DNA from: Candidatus Poribacteria bacterium
GTDB lineage: Bacteria > Poribacteria > WGA-4E > PCPOR2b
NCBI GenBank assembly: GCA_965208675.1
Contig: OZ242351.1
Span: 3,648,001-3,712,000 of the forward strand
Length of the DNA stretch: 64,000 nucleotides
Direction of reading: 5' to 3'
A program made the translations under genes and the position numbers. Of this stretch, positions 1 through 9,681 are shown one piece after another (positions within the stretch are counted from its first letter, which is position 1; each line of letters begins with the position of its first letter). Under the pieces are notes generated by a model. That model ran no database searches. It was given only the letters and a program-made list of their open reading frames with translations, and had not been told where the DNA came from.

Positions 1-6
1 GGCATC

Positions 7-897
7 GTGGTTTCCGGCATTGAAGGGCTCGTTGAGGTTGGCGGCGCTGTGGCTGTATTTAAACCGCAGAAGCGGATGGCGGTTGGTAAACACACACTAG
101 CCATTCTCGGCGTAAGGGATTTGGCGGGGAATGTCATGGGAACTTCCGTGCTCCTTTCCTTTGAGGTCATTGCACCGCCCGCTGATGAGATTACCCCACC
201 CGTTTCAAGACCGCCGCTAATAACCGGTGGGCGGGTCATCTTCTGGGAGGCTGAGAATTTCACCGCGAAAAACGGAAATGGTATTGGGGTGTTTAAACCT
301 CCGCATCAGGACACAGGTGCAAATAACGCACAGTATAAGATTGTCGAAGCGTCTAACGGCGCATTTGTCGGTTCAGAAAACGGCGCGGGGGGTGTCTCGA
401 ACTCCTGGCTCAAATATGTGTTTAACGCCTCAGTGGCAGGGGATTGGTATTTCTGGGGAAGGGTCATTGGCCCTCCGAATAGCGACAATTCTTTCTTCTG
501 GGGGGTGGATATCAAGGATGCTGATGCCAAGTCAGTGGACAACGGTACCATCAACATCTGGGATTTCAATGAGGCAGCCGGCGGCTCGGTGAATTTCCCA
601 TTTGGCAATCCGGCGCCGGCGAAAATTTTACATCAGTGGGCGTGGTACCGGTTGAGCAGCCGCAGCGGACCTTTTCCGGGCAGAGGCTCATACGACGATC
701 CAACGCCTCTGGAATTGACGGCGGGCAAGCATACGTTTCACCTCATCGATAGGGAGGATGGGGCGTATTTGGATGCTGTTTTTGCAACGACGGACAAAGC
801 ATTCGATGCCAATGAAACGCCTCCTGACGGCAGGCTCTCCGTCGAACCGCACGGCAGATTAGCAACAATGTGGGCAAACCTCAGGCGAGTTAAATAA
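7..897 (+). CDS. Secreted Ig-like + carbohydrate-binding-like jelly-roll protein with Poribacteria-type C-terminal motif (5' partial)
   Basis: Frame is open from the window edge. Ig-like remnant (AVFKP...HTLAILGVRDLAGN), then EAENF...WYFWGR...DNSFFW...LTAGKHTFHLIDREDGAYLD; ends SVEPHGRLATMWANLRRVK. Confidence 0.75.
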   Translation: MVSGIEGLVEVGGAVAVFKPQKRMAVGKHTLAILGVRDLAGNVMGTSVLLSFEVIAPPADEITPPVSRPPLITGGRVIFWEAENFTAKNGNGIGVFKPPHQDTGANNAQYKIVEASNGAFVGSENGAGGVSNSWLKYVFNASVAGDWYFWGRVIGPPNSDNSFFWGVDIKDADAKSVDNGTINIWDFNEAAGGSVNFPFGNPAPAKILHQWAWYRLSSRSGPFPGRGSYDDPTPLELTAGKHTFHLIDREDGAYLDAVFATTDKAFDANETPPDGRLSVEPHGRLATMWANLRRVK

Positions 898-1361
898 TTA
901 TTCCCTGGTTGAAGCGTTGAACTTTCCCCCATTCGTTGAATAGCCAAAAATAAGATTTTCTAATGTGGGGTTCACTGATGATACTTTGGGAATGGTACAA
1001 AGGTAGAGTTTATACAAAAGGCAAATCCGAAGGTATGTCTGCAGGTATAATTGAACAACAACAGAAGTGGGAAGAGTGGAATACCCGTCAATGCAAAACT
1101 GAAGCTGAAGGTACTAAATTTGATGAACCCCCGCCACATGCCGAATATGGATCGTCTATAGATGAATCTACCCATACGAACAAAAACTAGTTAATCCGTA
1201 AAATACCATTTCAAACCTCCCACCTTTGGCACACTCCAACGGTTTTTTATTCTCTGTACAATTCACGTTGAAATTAATACATCCTGACGATTCAACCTTC
1301 CTAAAAACGCCGGCAACAATCCTTCCTCCGCTGATAAAAACCCAAAATTCTTTTATTTCAA

Positions 1362-1390
1362 TTGACCGAAATTCTGATTTATGCTATAAT
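1362..1390 (+). promoter_or_regulatory. sigma70-type promoter
   Basis: TTGACC-N17-TATAAT with extended -10 TG, ~60 nt upstream of ATG 1449. Confidence 0.65.
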
Positions 1391-1448
1391 AAGCCATTCT
1401 GTGTCGGTACAGTTCGAAATCGATAACATATTGAAAGGAGAGACATAT

Positions 1449-2168
1449 ATGCGACAAATCACCTTTTTCACATTAGCTAGTGTCGTCGCCTTAAGCCTAA
1501 TCGTTTGCACGGCAGATGCACAGCATCAAAGAGGCTGGGAGGCGGAAAACTACACAGACCGAAGCGGCGATGGTATGCAGATTTTCAATTCTCCGCATTC
1601 AGCATCAAATGGGGGTGAATACACAATCTCTGATGCTTCCGGCGGTGCATTTATCGGTTCTGACAATGGTGCAGGAGGCAGTTCAAATTCTTGGTTTAAA
1701 TATGCGTTCAACGCCCCAGTGGCAGGAGGTTGGTATCTCTGGCTAAAAGGTATCGGCCCGCCAAATAGCGACAATTCTTTTTTCTGGGCGATAGATATCG
1801 CAGATGAAGACGCTGCGTCAGCAGATAACGATCAGATAAACATTATTGATTTCAATGAAGCCGCTGGCTCCTCACAGAATTTCCCGCTTGGCAACCCACC
1901 TCCGGAAGGCGCAATACATGACTGGATGTGGTTCCGTGCAGGTAGCCGCGGCGGACCGTTTTCTGGAGTCGGTGATGCAACGCCTCTCGAATTATCCGCG
2001 GGTACGCATACGTTGCACATTATGGATCGAGAGGACGGAGCTTATCTGGATGCCTTCTACATAACAACCGATGCGGATTTCAACGCCAATGAGACTGAAC
2101 CCATAGCCGTTGAATCTCAAGGTAAATTAGCAACAACCTGGGCAAATCTCAAGGGGCAAACACGCTAA
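1449..2168 (+). CDS. Secreted CBM-like jelly-roll protein, paralog 2
   Basis: AAGGAG RBS before ATG 1449; signal peptide ending ADA; EAEN, DNSFFW and HTLHIMDREDG motifs; C-term AVESQGKLATTWANLK. Confidence 0.8.
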   Translation: MRQITFFTLASVVALSLIVCTADAQHQRGWEAENYTDRSGDGMQIFNSPHSASNGGEYTISDASGGAFIGSDNGAGGSSNSWFKYAFNAPVAGGWYLWLKGIGPPNSDNSFFWAIDIADEDAASADNDQINIIDFNEAAGSSQNFPLGNPPPEGAIHDWMWFRAGSRGGPFSGVGDATPLELSAGTHTLHIMDREDGAYLDAFYITTDADFNANETEPIAVESQGKLATTWANLKGQTR

Positions 2169-2265
2169 TTTCGTCCTTGTTTAACATGCATCAAATATGG
2201 TATAAGCGCGTATTCCGACAAAATTGACATTTTTCACAGTCGATTTTTACATGAGGAGGTCAAGT

Positions 2266-3015
2266 ATGCGATTCATTACCTTTTTCACGCTAGTTAGTCT
2301 TGCCCTCTTGAGCGTTCTTACAATCGAAGCAAGCGCCCAAGAATTTCAATTCGCCGCAGAAGACTTTATCGCGTCCAGCGGAGAACGGTGGCAAATTCTC
2401 ACGCCTCCGTTCTCAACCGTGGCATCGGACAACCCGAACCGGGCTCCGGAACTTCCGGAAAATCGTGAGTACACCATTACGGAGGCGGTCGGAAACGCTT
2501 TCATCGGCTGGCCTGATGGACCGGAGGCTTGTTGCGGGGATGGCAGTTGGGTAAAATATTCAGTTAACGTACCAGCAACAGGGACATGGTACCTCTGGGC
2601 ACGGGCTGTCGTTGCGACACAGGCAGATAATTCGTGGTTTTGGGCGTTCGATTTGGCTGATGACGAGGTGGTTTCTGACGACGCCAACGGTGCAGGCCCG
2701 ATGAACATCTGGGATGTCCTTGAGAATGCCGAGTTGCATGACCGGTATACGCTCGATTGGACCTGGTATCCGCTAGTTAGCCGCAGAGGACCGCATCCCG
2801 GTGGAGAGGTTGGTCAGTTTACCGCCGACCGAGTGGGTGTGGAGCTTTCGGCTGGCACCCATACGCTACACTTCAGCTACCGAGAACACTCCCAAATTGA
2901 TCACGTTTGGGCAAGCATGGAGCAGGCGCGCGACCCGAACGTGGATGCGCCGGCTTCTGTGAATCCGCGTGGGAAATTAGCTGCAAAGTGGGGAGATATC
3001 AAAGGCGGTTTTTGA
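2266..3015 (+). CDS. Secreted CBM-like jelly-roll protein, paralog 3
   Basis: GAGGAGG RBS; signal peptide ending ASA; same domain motifs; C-term SVNPRGKLAAKWGDIK. Confidence 0.8.
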   Translation: MRFITFFTLVSLALLSVLTIEASAQEFQFAAEDFIASSGERWQILTPPFSTVASDNPNRAPELPENREYTITEAVGNAFIGWPDGPEACCGDGSWVKYSVNVPATGTWYLWARAVVATQADNSWFWAFDLADDEVVSDDANGAGPMNIWDVLENAELHDRYTLDWTWYPLVSRRGPHPGGEVGQFTADRVGVELSAGTHTLHFSYREHSQIDHVWASMEQARDPNVDAPASVNPRGKLAAKWGDIKGGF

Positions 3016-3048
3016 CCAACACACAAAACATAGTAAATTAGCTAGCTC

Positions 3049-3079
3049 AGGGTGTCCTGTAAAGGACACCCTTTTTTTT
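3049..3079 (+). terminator. Rho-independent terminator
   Basis: AGGGTGTCCT-loop-AGGACACCCT stem followed by a T-run. Confidence 0.85.
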
Positions 3080-3281
3080 GCGCTTGAATTATTTTAGGTT
3101 CATGCTATAATTTAGTGCAGTTGGTGACCTCAAAATTGATAGGGTCCGATTCTATTTGCAGGGCTGGGTCGACTATTCAGATCATGAATTTCACCGTAGG
3201 GCAACCAGAAAAACTCGTCCTATTGTGAAGGATGGGATGGTCACATTTCTAACCACTAACACTATTACAAGGAGGAGGGCC

Positions 3282-4046
3282 ATGCGACTGCGGTATCCAA
3301 ATTTACTTATGTTAGTTAACCTTGTCATATTCAACATTGTCGCTTACGAGGCGAGCGGTCAAACGTTTCAATTTCAAGCAGAAGACTTCATTGAGCAACA
3401 AGGGCCGAGTTGGGAAATCTTGAGTGTCCCTTATACGGCAGCGGCATCGGGGCACGCCGAACGGGCGGCAGAGCTAATTGATAGTGATGGAAACAAAATT
3501 CTGGAGTTTACCATCGACGAGGCGTTCGGCGATGCGTTTATCGGCGATCCATCATCCGACGGCGGCTGTTGCGGCGACGGTGATTGGATTAAATATGAAT
3601 TCAGCGTCCCTATGACCGGAACATGGTACATCTGGGCGAGAGCCATTGCGCCGACGAGGGCAGAAAATGCGTGGCATTGGGGATTAGATATTGATGGGAG
3701 CGATATTGAGGCTGGCAACAACGATCAGAATCCGTCCCTAAATATCTGGGATCTATTCGAGGGAAGCCAGTTCACATGGTCTTCCGATTGGATGTGGTAC
3801 CCAATCAATAGCCGCAACGGTCCGTTTCCAGGCCTTGAAGTCGATCAGCTCACAGACAATCGAGTCGGCTTGGAAATCTCCGCCGGCAGCCACACCTGGC
3901 ACGTCGTCGATCGAGAACGAGCCTATATCGACATGTTTTGGGCAACAATGGAACAGGCACGAGATCCGAACGCAGATCCGCCGGTTTCCGTCAATCTACA
4001 AGGTAAATTAGCAGCACAGTGGGGAGATATCAAACGCAATCTTTAA
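3282..4046 (+). CDS. Secreted CBM-like jelly-roll protein, paralog 4
   Basis: AGGAGGAGG RBS before ATG 3282; signal peptide; closely similar to paralog 3 (CCGDG, MEQARDPN); C-term SVNLQGKLAAQWGDIK. Confidence 0.8.
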   Translation: MRLRYPNLLMLVNLVIFNIVAYEASGQTFQFQAEDFIEQQGPSWEILSVPYTAAASGHAERAAELIDSDGNKILEFTIDEAFGDAFIGDPSSDGGCCGDGDWIKYEFSVPMTGTWYIWARAIAPTRAENAWHWGLDIDGSDIEAGNNDQNPSLNIWDLFEGSQFTWSSDWMWYPINSRNGPFPGLEVDQLTDNRVGLEISAGSHTWHVVDRERAYIDMFWATMEQARDPNADPPVSVNLQGKLAAQWGDIKRNL

Positions 4047-4197
4047 TCAATTCTTTGCAATACGGAAAAGGGATTGTTTCAATGCGGTCTGAATCACCCG
4101 CGGGGTTTGACGTTCTACTTCCAACGCTTCTGCATAGCGTACCTGTTAATCAACCGGCTCCCAAGAACACCTACTTCTACGCCCCGGCGTCAGAAAA

Positions 4198-5082
4198 ATG
4201 GACATAAGTTTTCAGGCTGATGGGGAAGGTTGGAACCTCGAGAAGTGCGCCGCGTGGGCACAAGCAAACGACTTCGACTGTGTACGATTGGCCGATAGCG
4301 GCGTGCTGGAGTCTGACCGAATTCTCACCGAGGGACCGGACAAAGTATTGGCGACACTCAATCAACACGGCCTCTATCTTGCAGCTATCACCTCACACTG
4401 CAATCTGCTGGACGACGATGAAAATGTTCGGCGGTCCGAACAGACCCGTCTGATGAAGGCGATCGAATCCGCGAACGTGTTGGAATGTCCCGTGGTAATT
4501 ACCGGCAGCGGCGCGCCGGTGAAGAACGGCCGGTTCTACGGTATGTACTCATCGCCGCCGGGAAATCCGAGCGACCGCTCGGCGGAACTAGTTGAACGAT
4601 TTGCAGAAATGTTTGCGCCGGTGGTCAAAGTAGCCGAGGACATAGATATCAAGATTGCCTTGGATGTAGCTGTACGCATGGGAAATATCGGTTGCAACCC
4701 TGAAATGTGGGACAAAATCCTGGACGCGGTACCCTCCGATCATCTTGGGTTGTCCTGCGACCCGTCACATTGGTTGTGGATGATGATTGCCCCAATCGAA
4801 GACGTAATTCGAGGTTACGCTGGTAAGTGGTACTATGCGGACGTAAAGGATTGCGAAGTAAATCCGCACATGCTATATCGACAAGGAATCATTGGCAACT
4901 GGTGGTGGCAGTATAGGGTGCCGGGAAGAGGCGCGTTGGATTGGGGCACTGTGATTGGTTCACTGCTAGAATCGGGCTACGATTATGTGCTCTGTGTGGA
5001 GAATGAGGACAGGGAAATGCCCGGTCTGGAGGGCATCGCCTATGGTTGCCGACATCTGCGCCAATTTTTGCCGCCCAAGTGA
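4198..5082 (+). CDS. Sugar phosphate isomerase/epimerase (xylose isomerase-like TIM barrel)
   Basis: LGLSCDPSHW, DVKD, YRVPGRGALDWG and VLCVENED motifs of the AP_endonuc_2 family. Confidence 0.85.
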   Translation: MDISFQADGEGWNLEKCAAWAQANDFDCVRLADSGVLESDRILTEGPDKVLATLNQHGLYLAAITSHCNLLDDDENVRRSEQTRLMKAIESANVLECPVVITGSGAPVKNGRFYGMYSSPPGNPSDRSAELVERFAEMFAPVVKVAEDIDIKIALDVAVRMGNIGCNPEMWDKILDAVPSDHLGLSCDPSHWLWMMIAPIEDVIRGYAGKWYYADVKDCEVNPHMLYRQGIIGNWWWQYRVPGRGALDWGTVIGSLLESGYDYVLCVENEDREMPGLEGIAYGCRHLRQFLPPK

Positions 5083-5222
5083 GCAGATTGTGACGCACCT
5101 CTCATGTCCGCAAGGAACTGCGGTTACGAACCCACCCCGATCTGCTGGTTTTACTACCCAGTCTTGCACCCTTGGTAAATAATACCGTTGTCAGTTCTCA
5201 AGCAGATACTTCAAGCTCAAAC

Positions 5223-5975
5223 CTAATACTGTTGCCTGATATTACCCCACGTTACCGCCAATTTCCCTTGCGGCGATACAGCTAACGATGGAAGTACCTT
5301 ACTCGGGTCTTGCGCTTTGTTGGTGGTGGCAAAAATCACATCAATATAAATCCCGTCTTCGCGGTGAACGATGTGCAGCGTATGGTCCCCGGCAGACAAT
5401 CTCACAGGTTTTGGATTTTGCCCGTTCTGCGTAGCTTCAGGTCCATTGAACGGTCCCGAACGGCTATTGATTTGGAACCATACCCAGTCAGAGGACAGTT
5501 CCCCCCGGAATTGCGCAGCTTCGTAAAAATCCCAAATATTCATGTGCTTATTGTCTTCGGACGCCGCCTTGTCATCGTCAATATCCAACCCCCAATAGAT
5601 TGAGTTATCGCCGACAGTCGGAGCAATAGCTCTCGACCATATGTAATAACTGCCTTCTGCCGGGACATTGAACGCATACTTAATCCATGCGCCCCCAAGA
5701 ACGTTGATCCTGTCGCCCGGACCATTGGGAATACCGATAAAGGCGCCGTTGGACGCCTCAGCGATAGAATATTTGCCTTTACCGCGAATCTCCTTTGCCA
5801 TGTGTTCATGCACTTGTACCGGGGCACTAAACGGCGGCTTCAATTTCTCCCACTCCTTTCCATCGGAGTCGATGAAATCTTCAGCTTCAAAGTGGAAGGT
5901 TTCCGCATTCATCTGAACAGCAACAAAGTTCATGATGATAAAGCTAGCAAGAAAGGTAACGGTCATAAATCGCAT
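5223..5975 (-). CDS. Secreted CBM-like jelly-roll protein, paralog 5
   Basis: GGAGG RBS; signal peptide; FEAEDF, DNSIYWG, HTLHIVHREDG; C-term AVSPQGKLAVTWGNIR. Confidence 0.8.
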   Translation of the reverse strand: MRFMTVTFLASFIIMNFVAVQMNAETFHFEAEDFIDSDGKEWEKLKPPFSAPVQVHEHMAKEIRGKGKYSIAEASNGAFIGIPNGPGDRINVLGGAWIKYAFNVPAEGSYYIWSRAIAPTVGDNSIYWGLDIDDDKAASEDNKHMNIWDFYEAAQFRGELSSDWVWFQINSRSGPFNGPEATQNGQNPKPVRLSAGDHTLHIVHREDGIYIDVIFATTNKAQDPSKVLPSLAVSPQGKLAVTWGNIRQQY

Positions 5976-6303
5976 GAAAGTGACCTCCTTAACGCGTCAG
6001 GTTTTTGATGTTTGTAGACATGTTATTTTAGATAGCAACATCATCAATACACATAAAAAAATTAGGGGCGCACTAAATGGTGGAAGTTTCCCCATGTAGG
6101 AAAGTCAACTCGTATGGCTCTCCGCGGCCTGCTGAAGAGGCGGCATACAACTTCGCATCCGTAGAAACCGCCATCGCAACAGATGCGCGCTCGAATTTCC
6201 TCAATATTCGCCAAATATTATACAAACCTAATTTACCTTTGGCAACGACAATCTTGTTTCGAGTGTCCCATAAACTGCCAATGTTTACCAAAAGGGAAAT
6301 AAA

Positions 6304-7398
6304 ATGCACGGCAAAATGAAAATCGGAATTATCGGCTGTGGTATGATTAGCAGTACCTATTTCGGCGCCGCCCAGAACACCGATGTTCTAGAAATCAAAT
6401 CTTGTGCTGACATCAATATGCACGCTGCCCGGATCCAAGCGGACAAACACAACTGCCAAGCAGTAAGTGTTGACAAATTGCTAACCGATACAGAGATTGA
6501 ACTTGTCCTGAACCTGACTGTTCCCAAAGCCCATGGGGAAGTCGGGTTGGAGGTGTTGGAGGCAGGGAAGCACGTCTATAGCGAAAAGCCGTTTGCTGTA
6601 GACATTGAAAGCGGCGAAAAGCTTCTTCAAACCGCAACCAAACTGGGTTTACGCGTCGGCTGTGCACCGGACACATTTTTCGGGGCAGGGATTCAAACCT
6701 CCCGAAAGATGGCAGATGAAAACCGCATCGGCAAAATAATCGCCGGAACGGCATTCATGTGCGGACATGGTCCCGAAAACTGGCATCCGAATGCTCCATT
6801 TTACTTCGATATTGGCGGAGGTCCCATGATGGATATGGGACCTTACTACATCACAGCGCTTGTAAACATCCTCGGTCCTGTCAAGCGGGTCGCGGGCATT
6901 ACAGCCAAGGCATTTGACGAAAGAATACCAACTAGCGGCGCATTAAGTGGGGTGCATATTCCCGTACACACCTCCACACATCTGGCGGGCGTAATGGAGT
7001 TTGTTTCCGGTGCCGTCGTCACAATGATTATGAGTTTTGATATGTGGAGACACAGCCTACCGTGCATTGAACTATACGGTACAACAGGTTCGATGCAGGT
7101 CCCCGACCCGAATAATTTCGGGGGACCGGTGCGCAATTCTGATTCCGGTGGAGATTGGTACGATGTTCCGCTCGCTTTTCCACAGAATGCCCGCATGATT
7201 GGCGTTATTGATATGGTTCGTGCAATTCGATCGGGAAGAGAGCACCGTGCTAGCGGCAAGTTAGCACAACACGTTCTGGAAACGATGCTCGCGTTTGACA
7301 AATCTTCGCAGTCCGGCAAATATGTCCAAATTCAGAGTGCGGCGGAACGCCCCGCGCCGCTTCCAATCGGCCTTAACGAATGGGAAGTGGAAAGCTGA
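6304..7398 (+). CDS. Gfo/Idh/MocA family oxidoreductase
   Basis: IGIIGCGMIS Rossmann motif, GKHVYSEKP, GGGPMMDMGPY. Confidence 0.9.
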   Translation: MHGKMKIGIIGCGMISSTYFGAAQNTDVLEIKSCADINMHAARIQADKHNCQAVSVDKLLTDTEIELVLNLTVPKAHGEVGLEVLEAGKHVYSEKPFAVDIESGEKLLQTATKLGLRVGCAPDTFFGAGIQTSRKMADENRIGKIIAGTAFMCGHGPENWHPNAPFYFDIGGGPMMDMGPYYITALVNILGPVKRVAGITAKAFDERIPTSGALSGVHIPVHTSTHLAGVMEFVSGAVVTMIMSFDMWRHSLPCIELYGTTGSMQVPDPNNFGGPVRNSDSGGDWYDVPLAFPQNARMIGVIDMVRAIRSGREHRASGKLAQHVLETMLAFDKSSQSGKYVQIQSAAERPAPLPIGLNEWEVES

Positions 7399-7544
7399 TA
7401 TTAAAGCCTTGTATGTTTTGTAATCGTTGAGGATAGATTCCATCGAAAGGTCGTCGGAGTCTATTAAAAAAACAGGATAAAAAAGGATAGTTGTAATACA
7501 TCGGTGGGAATTCAAACTGACAAGTTAGAAAATCGTTGGGCAAA

Positions 7545-7620
7545 TGGTGGGGCGTACTGGATTTGAACCAGTGACTTCTACCGTGTGAAGGTAGCGCTCG
7601 TACCCCTGAGCTAACGCCCC
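7545..7620 (-). tRNA. tRNA-Val(CAC)
   Basis: GGGGCGT...ACGCCCC-A-CCA acceptor stem; anticodon arm CTACC-TTCACAC-GGTAG; GGTTCAAATCC T-loop. Confidence 0.95.
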
Positions 7621-7651
7621 ACTAGGCGAGAACGATAAACAAGTTGAAAAG

Positions 7652-7727
7652 TGGTGGGCCCACTAGGATTTGAACCTAGGACCTGCCGGTTATGAGCCGG
7701 CTGCTCTAACCACTGAGCTATAGGCCC
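7652..7727 (-). tRNA. tRNA with CAT anticodon, probably tRNA-Ile2 (lysidine-modified)
   Basis: GGGCCTA...TGGGCCC-A-CCA; CCGG-CTCATAA-CCGG arm. G1-C72 pair and absence of three G-C anticodon pairs exclude fMet. Resembles ileX-type tRNAs found downstream of rpoD. Confidence 0.9.
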
Positions 7728-7745
7728 ATCTGAAATTGTGACCTT

Positions 7746-7774
7746 AGTGTAAAAGGTTGACTTTGATTTGTCAA
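7746..7774 (-). promoter_or_regulatory. sigma70 promoter of the tRNA pair
   Basis: TTGACA-N17-TACACT on the minus strand just upstream of the tRNA 5' end. Confidence 0.7.
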
Positions 7775-7833
7775 TAGAATTCCAAAATGGGGCAATTGAC
7801 ATCAGTGAAGGCGAGAAACTCCTTCGGAGATAG

Positions 7834-9609
7834 CTAATCCAAATATCCCCTTAGTTGCTGGCTGCGGACCGGGTGACGCAGTTTTCGCAAAGCTTTCGCT
7901 TCAATTTGACGGACACGTTCCCGCGTTACCTGAAATACTGCGCCTACCTCCTCAAGTGTCCGAGGGTATCCATCCCCAATTCCAAACCGCAAGCGGATTA
8001 CCTTCGCCTCACGTTCCGTCAATGTCGTCAACACATCTTCAACCCGTTCCTTTAGCATCGTGAATGCTGCTTCGCTCACCGGCGATTTCGAATCCTTATC
8101 CTCAATGAAATCGCCGAGTTGGCTATCTTCCTCTTCGCCCACAGGCATTTCTAGCGAGACAGGCTCTTGGGCAATTCGAAATACCTGTCTTACCTTTTCA
8201 AGGGGAAGGTCCATTTCATCTGCAATTTCCTGCGGCGTAGGTTCACGTCCCTTTTCTTGCACAAGATGACGAGAGGTGCGGATAAGTTTATTTATTGTTT
8301 CAATCATGTGGACAGGAATACGGATGGTACGGGCTTGATCGGCAATCGCGCGGGTGATGCCCTGGCGTATCCACCACGTCGCGTAGGTGCTAAATTTGTA
8401 ACCGCGCTGATAATCGAATTTATCCACTGCTTTCATCAAGCCGATATTTCCTTCTTGGATGAGGTCCAAAAATGCCAATCCAGGCGTACGATTCCTATAT
8501 TTCTTTGCAATGCTCACAACCAGCCGCAAGTTTGATTCGACAATCATCATCTTTGCCTCTTGCGCGAGCATTTCGCCCTTATGAATCCGCTGAATCACTT
8601 CGTTCAATTGCGCACGTGGAAGGCCAATTTCGCGCTCCAATTCTCCAATCATGCGCTGTGCCCTAACAATTTCTCCACTATGATGTTTTAGCGGCTCCGT
8701 CGCCGCCTCCGAATCGGGGCTTTCTATTTGGTCACGCGCGCCGTTTCCAGCTAGCTGGCAGAGTTGGTCCGCGGGCATCTGGTACGTCCGCTCAATTCGC
8801 ACAATCTCTTTTTCCAAATCAGTAATTGTATTGCCGGCTTCTTTAATCTTGCCTGAAATCTTGCTGATTTCCTCCTGATTAATCTTCACCTGTTTTAAAG
8901 TGTGAATTAATTCTGCGAAATACGATTTAGGCATTTCGCGGACGGTTTCTTCCTCATCAGGCGGCAATGTTTGGTTTTGGAGCCCATGCGCTCCGTTAGA
9001 CCTTTCCAATTCGACATCTTTTAAAGTGGTTAAAAGCTGCTTCGCCGTGTTGAGGTATTTCTCTTCTTTATCGCCAGCCGAAGTGCTGGAAACCGGCAAC
9101 TCTATCACCTCGGACGGTTTCTTGCCCCCTGCCAATATTTGGTTAAGAAGTTCCCCCATCCCTGCAATTGCCAATGGGGTTTCAAATATTGCTTCCTGGA
9201 CGATTCTGTGCGCTTCCTCAATTCGTTTTGATAAAATGACTTCCTGCTGCTTAGATAGTAGAGGGATACGTCCCATTTCCCTGAGGTAAACACGGACCGG
9301 GTCATCAACCTTGTCAAGTTTTTCCGCATTCAGATTGAGCAACAACGCATCGTCGTAGTTTTCGTCATCGACATTGTCCTCACTATCAGAGTAAACATCA
9401 CTGCAATCAATATCTCTTAAATCCATTGTCATTAAATCTCCCTCATCAAGAACGGCCGTGTCATTGGAAGGATTAAGTTCTTCCACATCCAAACATAACA
9501 AATCATCGAAATCCTCTGGTGAGGTATCCGGTTGCTCACTATATTCCAAATAAGCTTGATCTCTGTCTGGTTCGGCCACGCCGTTGTTCAATTTAGTCGT
9601 CGAAACCAT
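7834..9609 (-). CDS. rpoD: RNA polymerase primary sigma factor RpoD
   Basis: [73 protein letters not shown] before ATG 9609; downstream of dnaG. Confidence 0.97.
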   Translation of the reverse strand: MVSTTKLNNGVAEPDRDQAYLEYSEQPDTSPEDFDDLLCLDVEELNPSNDTAVLDEGDLMTMDLRDIDCSDVYSDSEDNVDDENYDDALLLNLNAEKLDKVDDPVRVYLREMGRIPLLSKQQEVILSKRIEEAHRIVQEAIFETPLAIAGMGELLNQILAGGKKPSEVIELPVSSTSAGDKEEKYLNTAKQLLTTLKDVELERSNGAHGLQNQTLPPDEEETVREMPKSYFAELIHTLKQVKINQEEISKISGKIKEAGNTITDLEKEIVRIERTYQMPADQLCQLAGNGARDQIESPDSEAATEPLKHHSGEIVRAQRMIGELEREIGLPRAQLNEVIQRIHKGEMLAQEAKMMIVESNLRLVVSIAKKYRNRTPGLAFLDLIQEGNIGLMKAVDKFDYQRGYKFSTYATWWIRQGITRAIADQARTIRIPVHMIETINKLIRTSRHLVQEKGREPTPQEIADEMDLPLEKVRQVFRIAQEPVSLEMPVGEEEDSQLGDFIEDKDSKSPVSEAAFTMLKERVEDVLTTLTEREAKVIRLRFGIGDGYPRTLEEVGAVFQVTRERVRQIEAKALRKLRHPVRSQQLRGYLD

Positions 9610-9681
9610 TATTAATAATTTCTCCTTTAGGTCTAGAGAGTGCCAATCTTTGAGATTGTCACCATCTAACAAAAAGAGGGA

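Noticed and set aside
963-1190. Short ORFs on both strands between paralogs 1 and 2
   Set aside because: No RBS or recognisable motif; likely spurious or a remnant.
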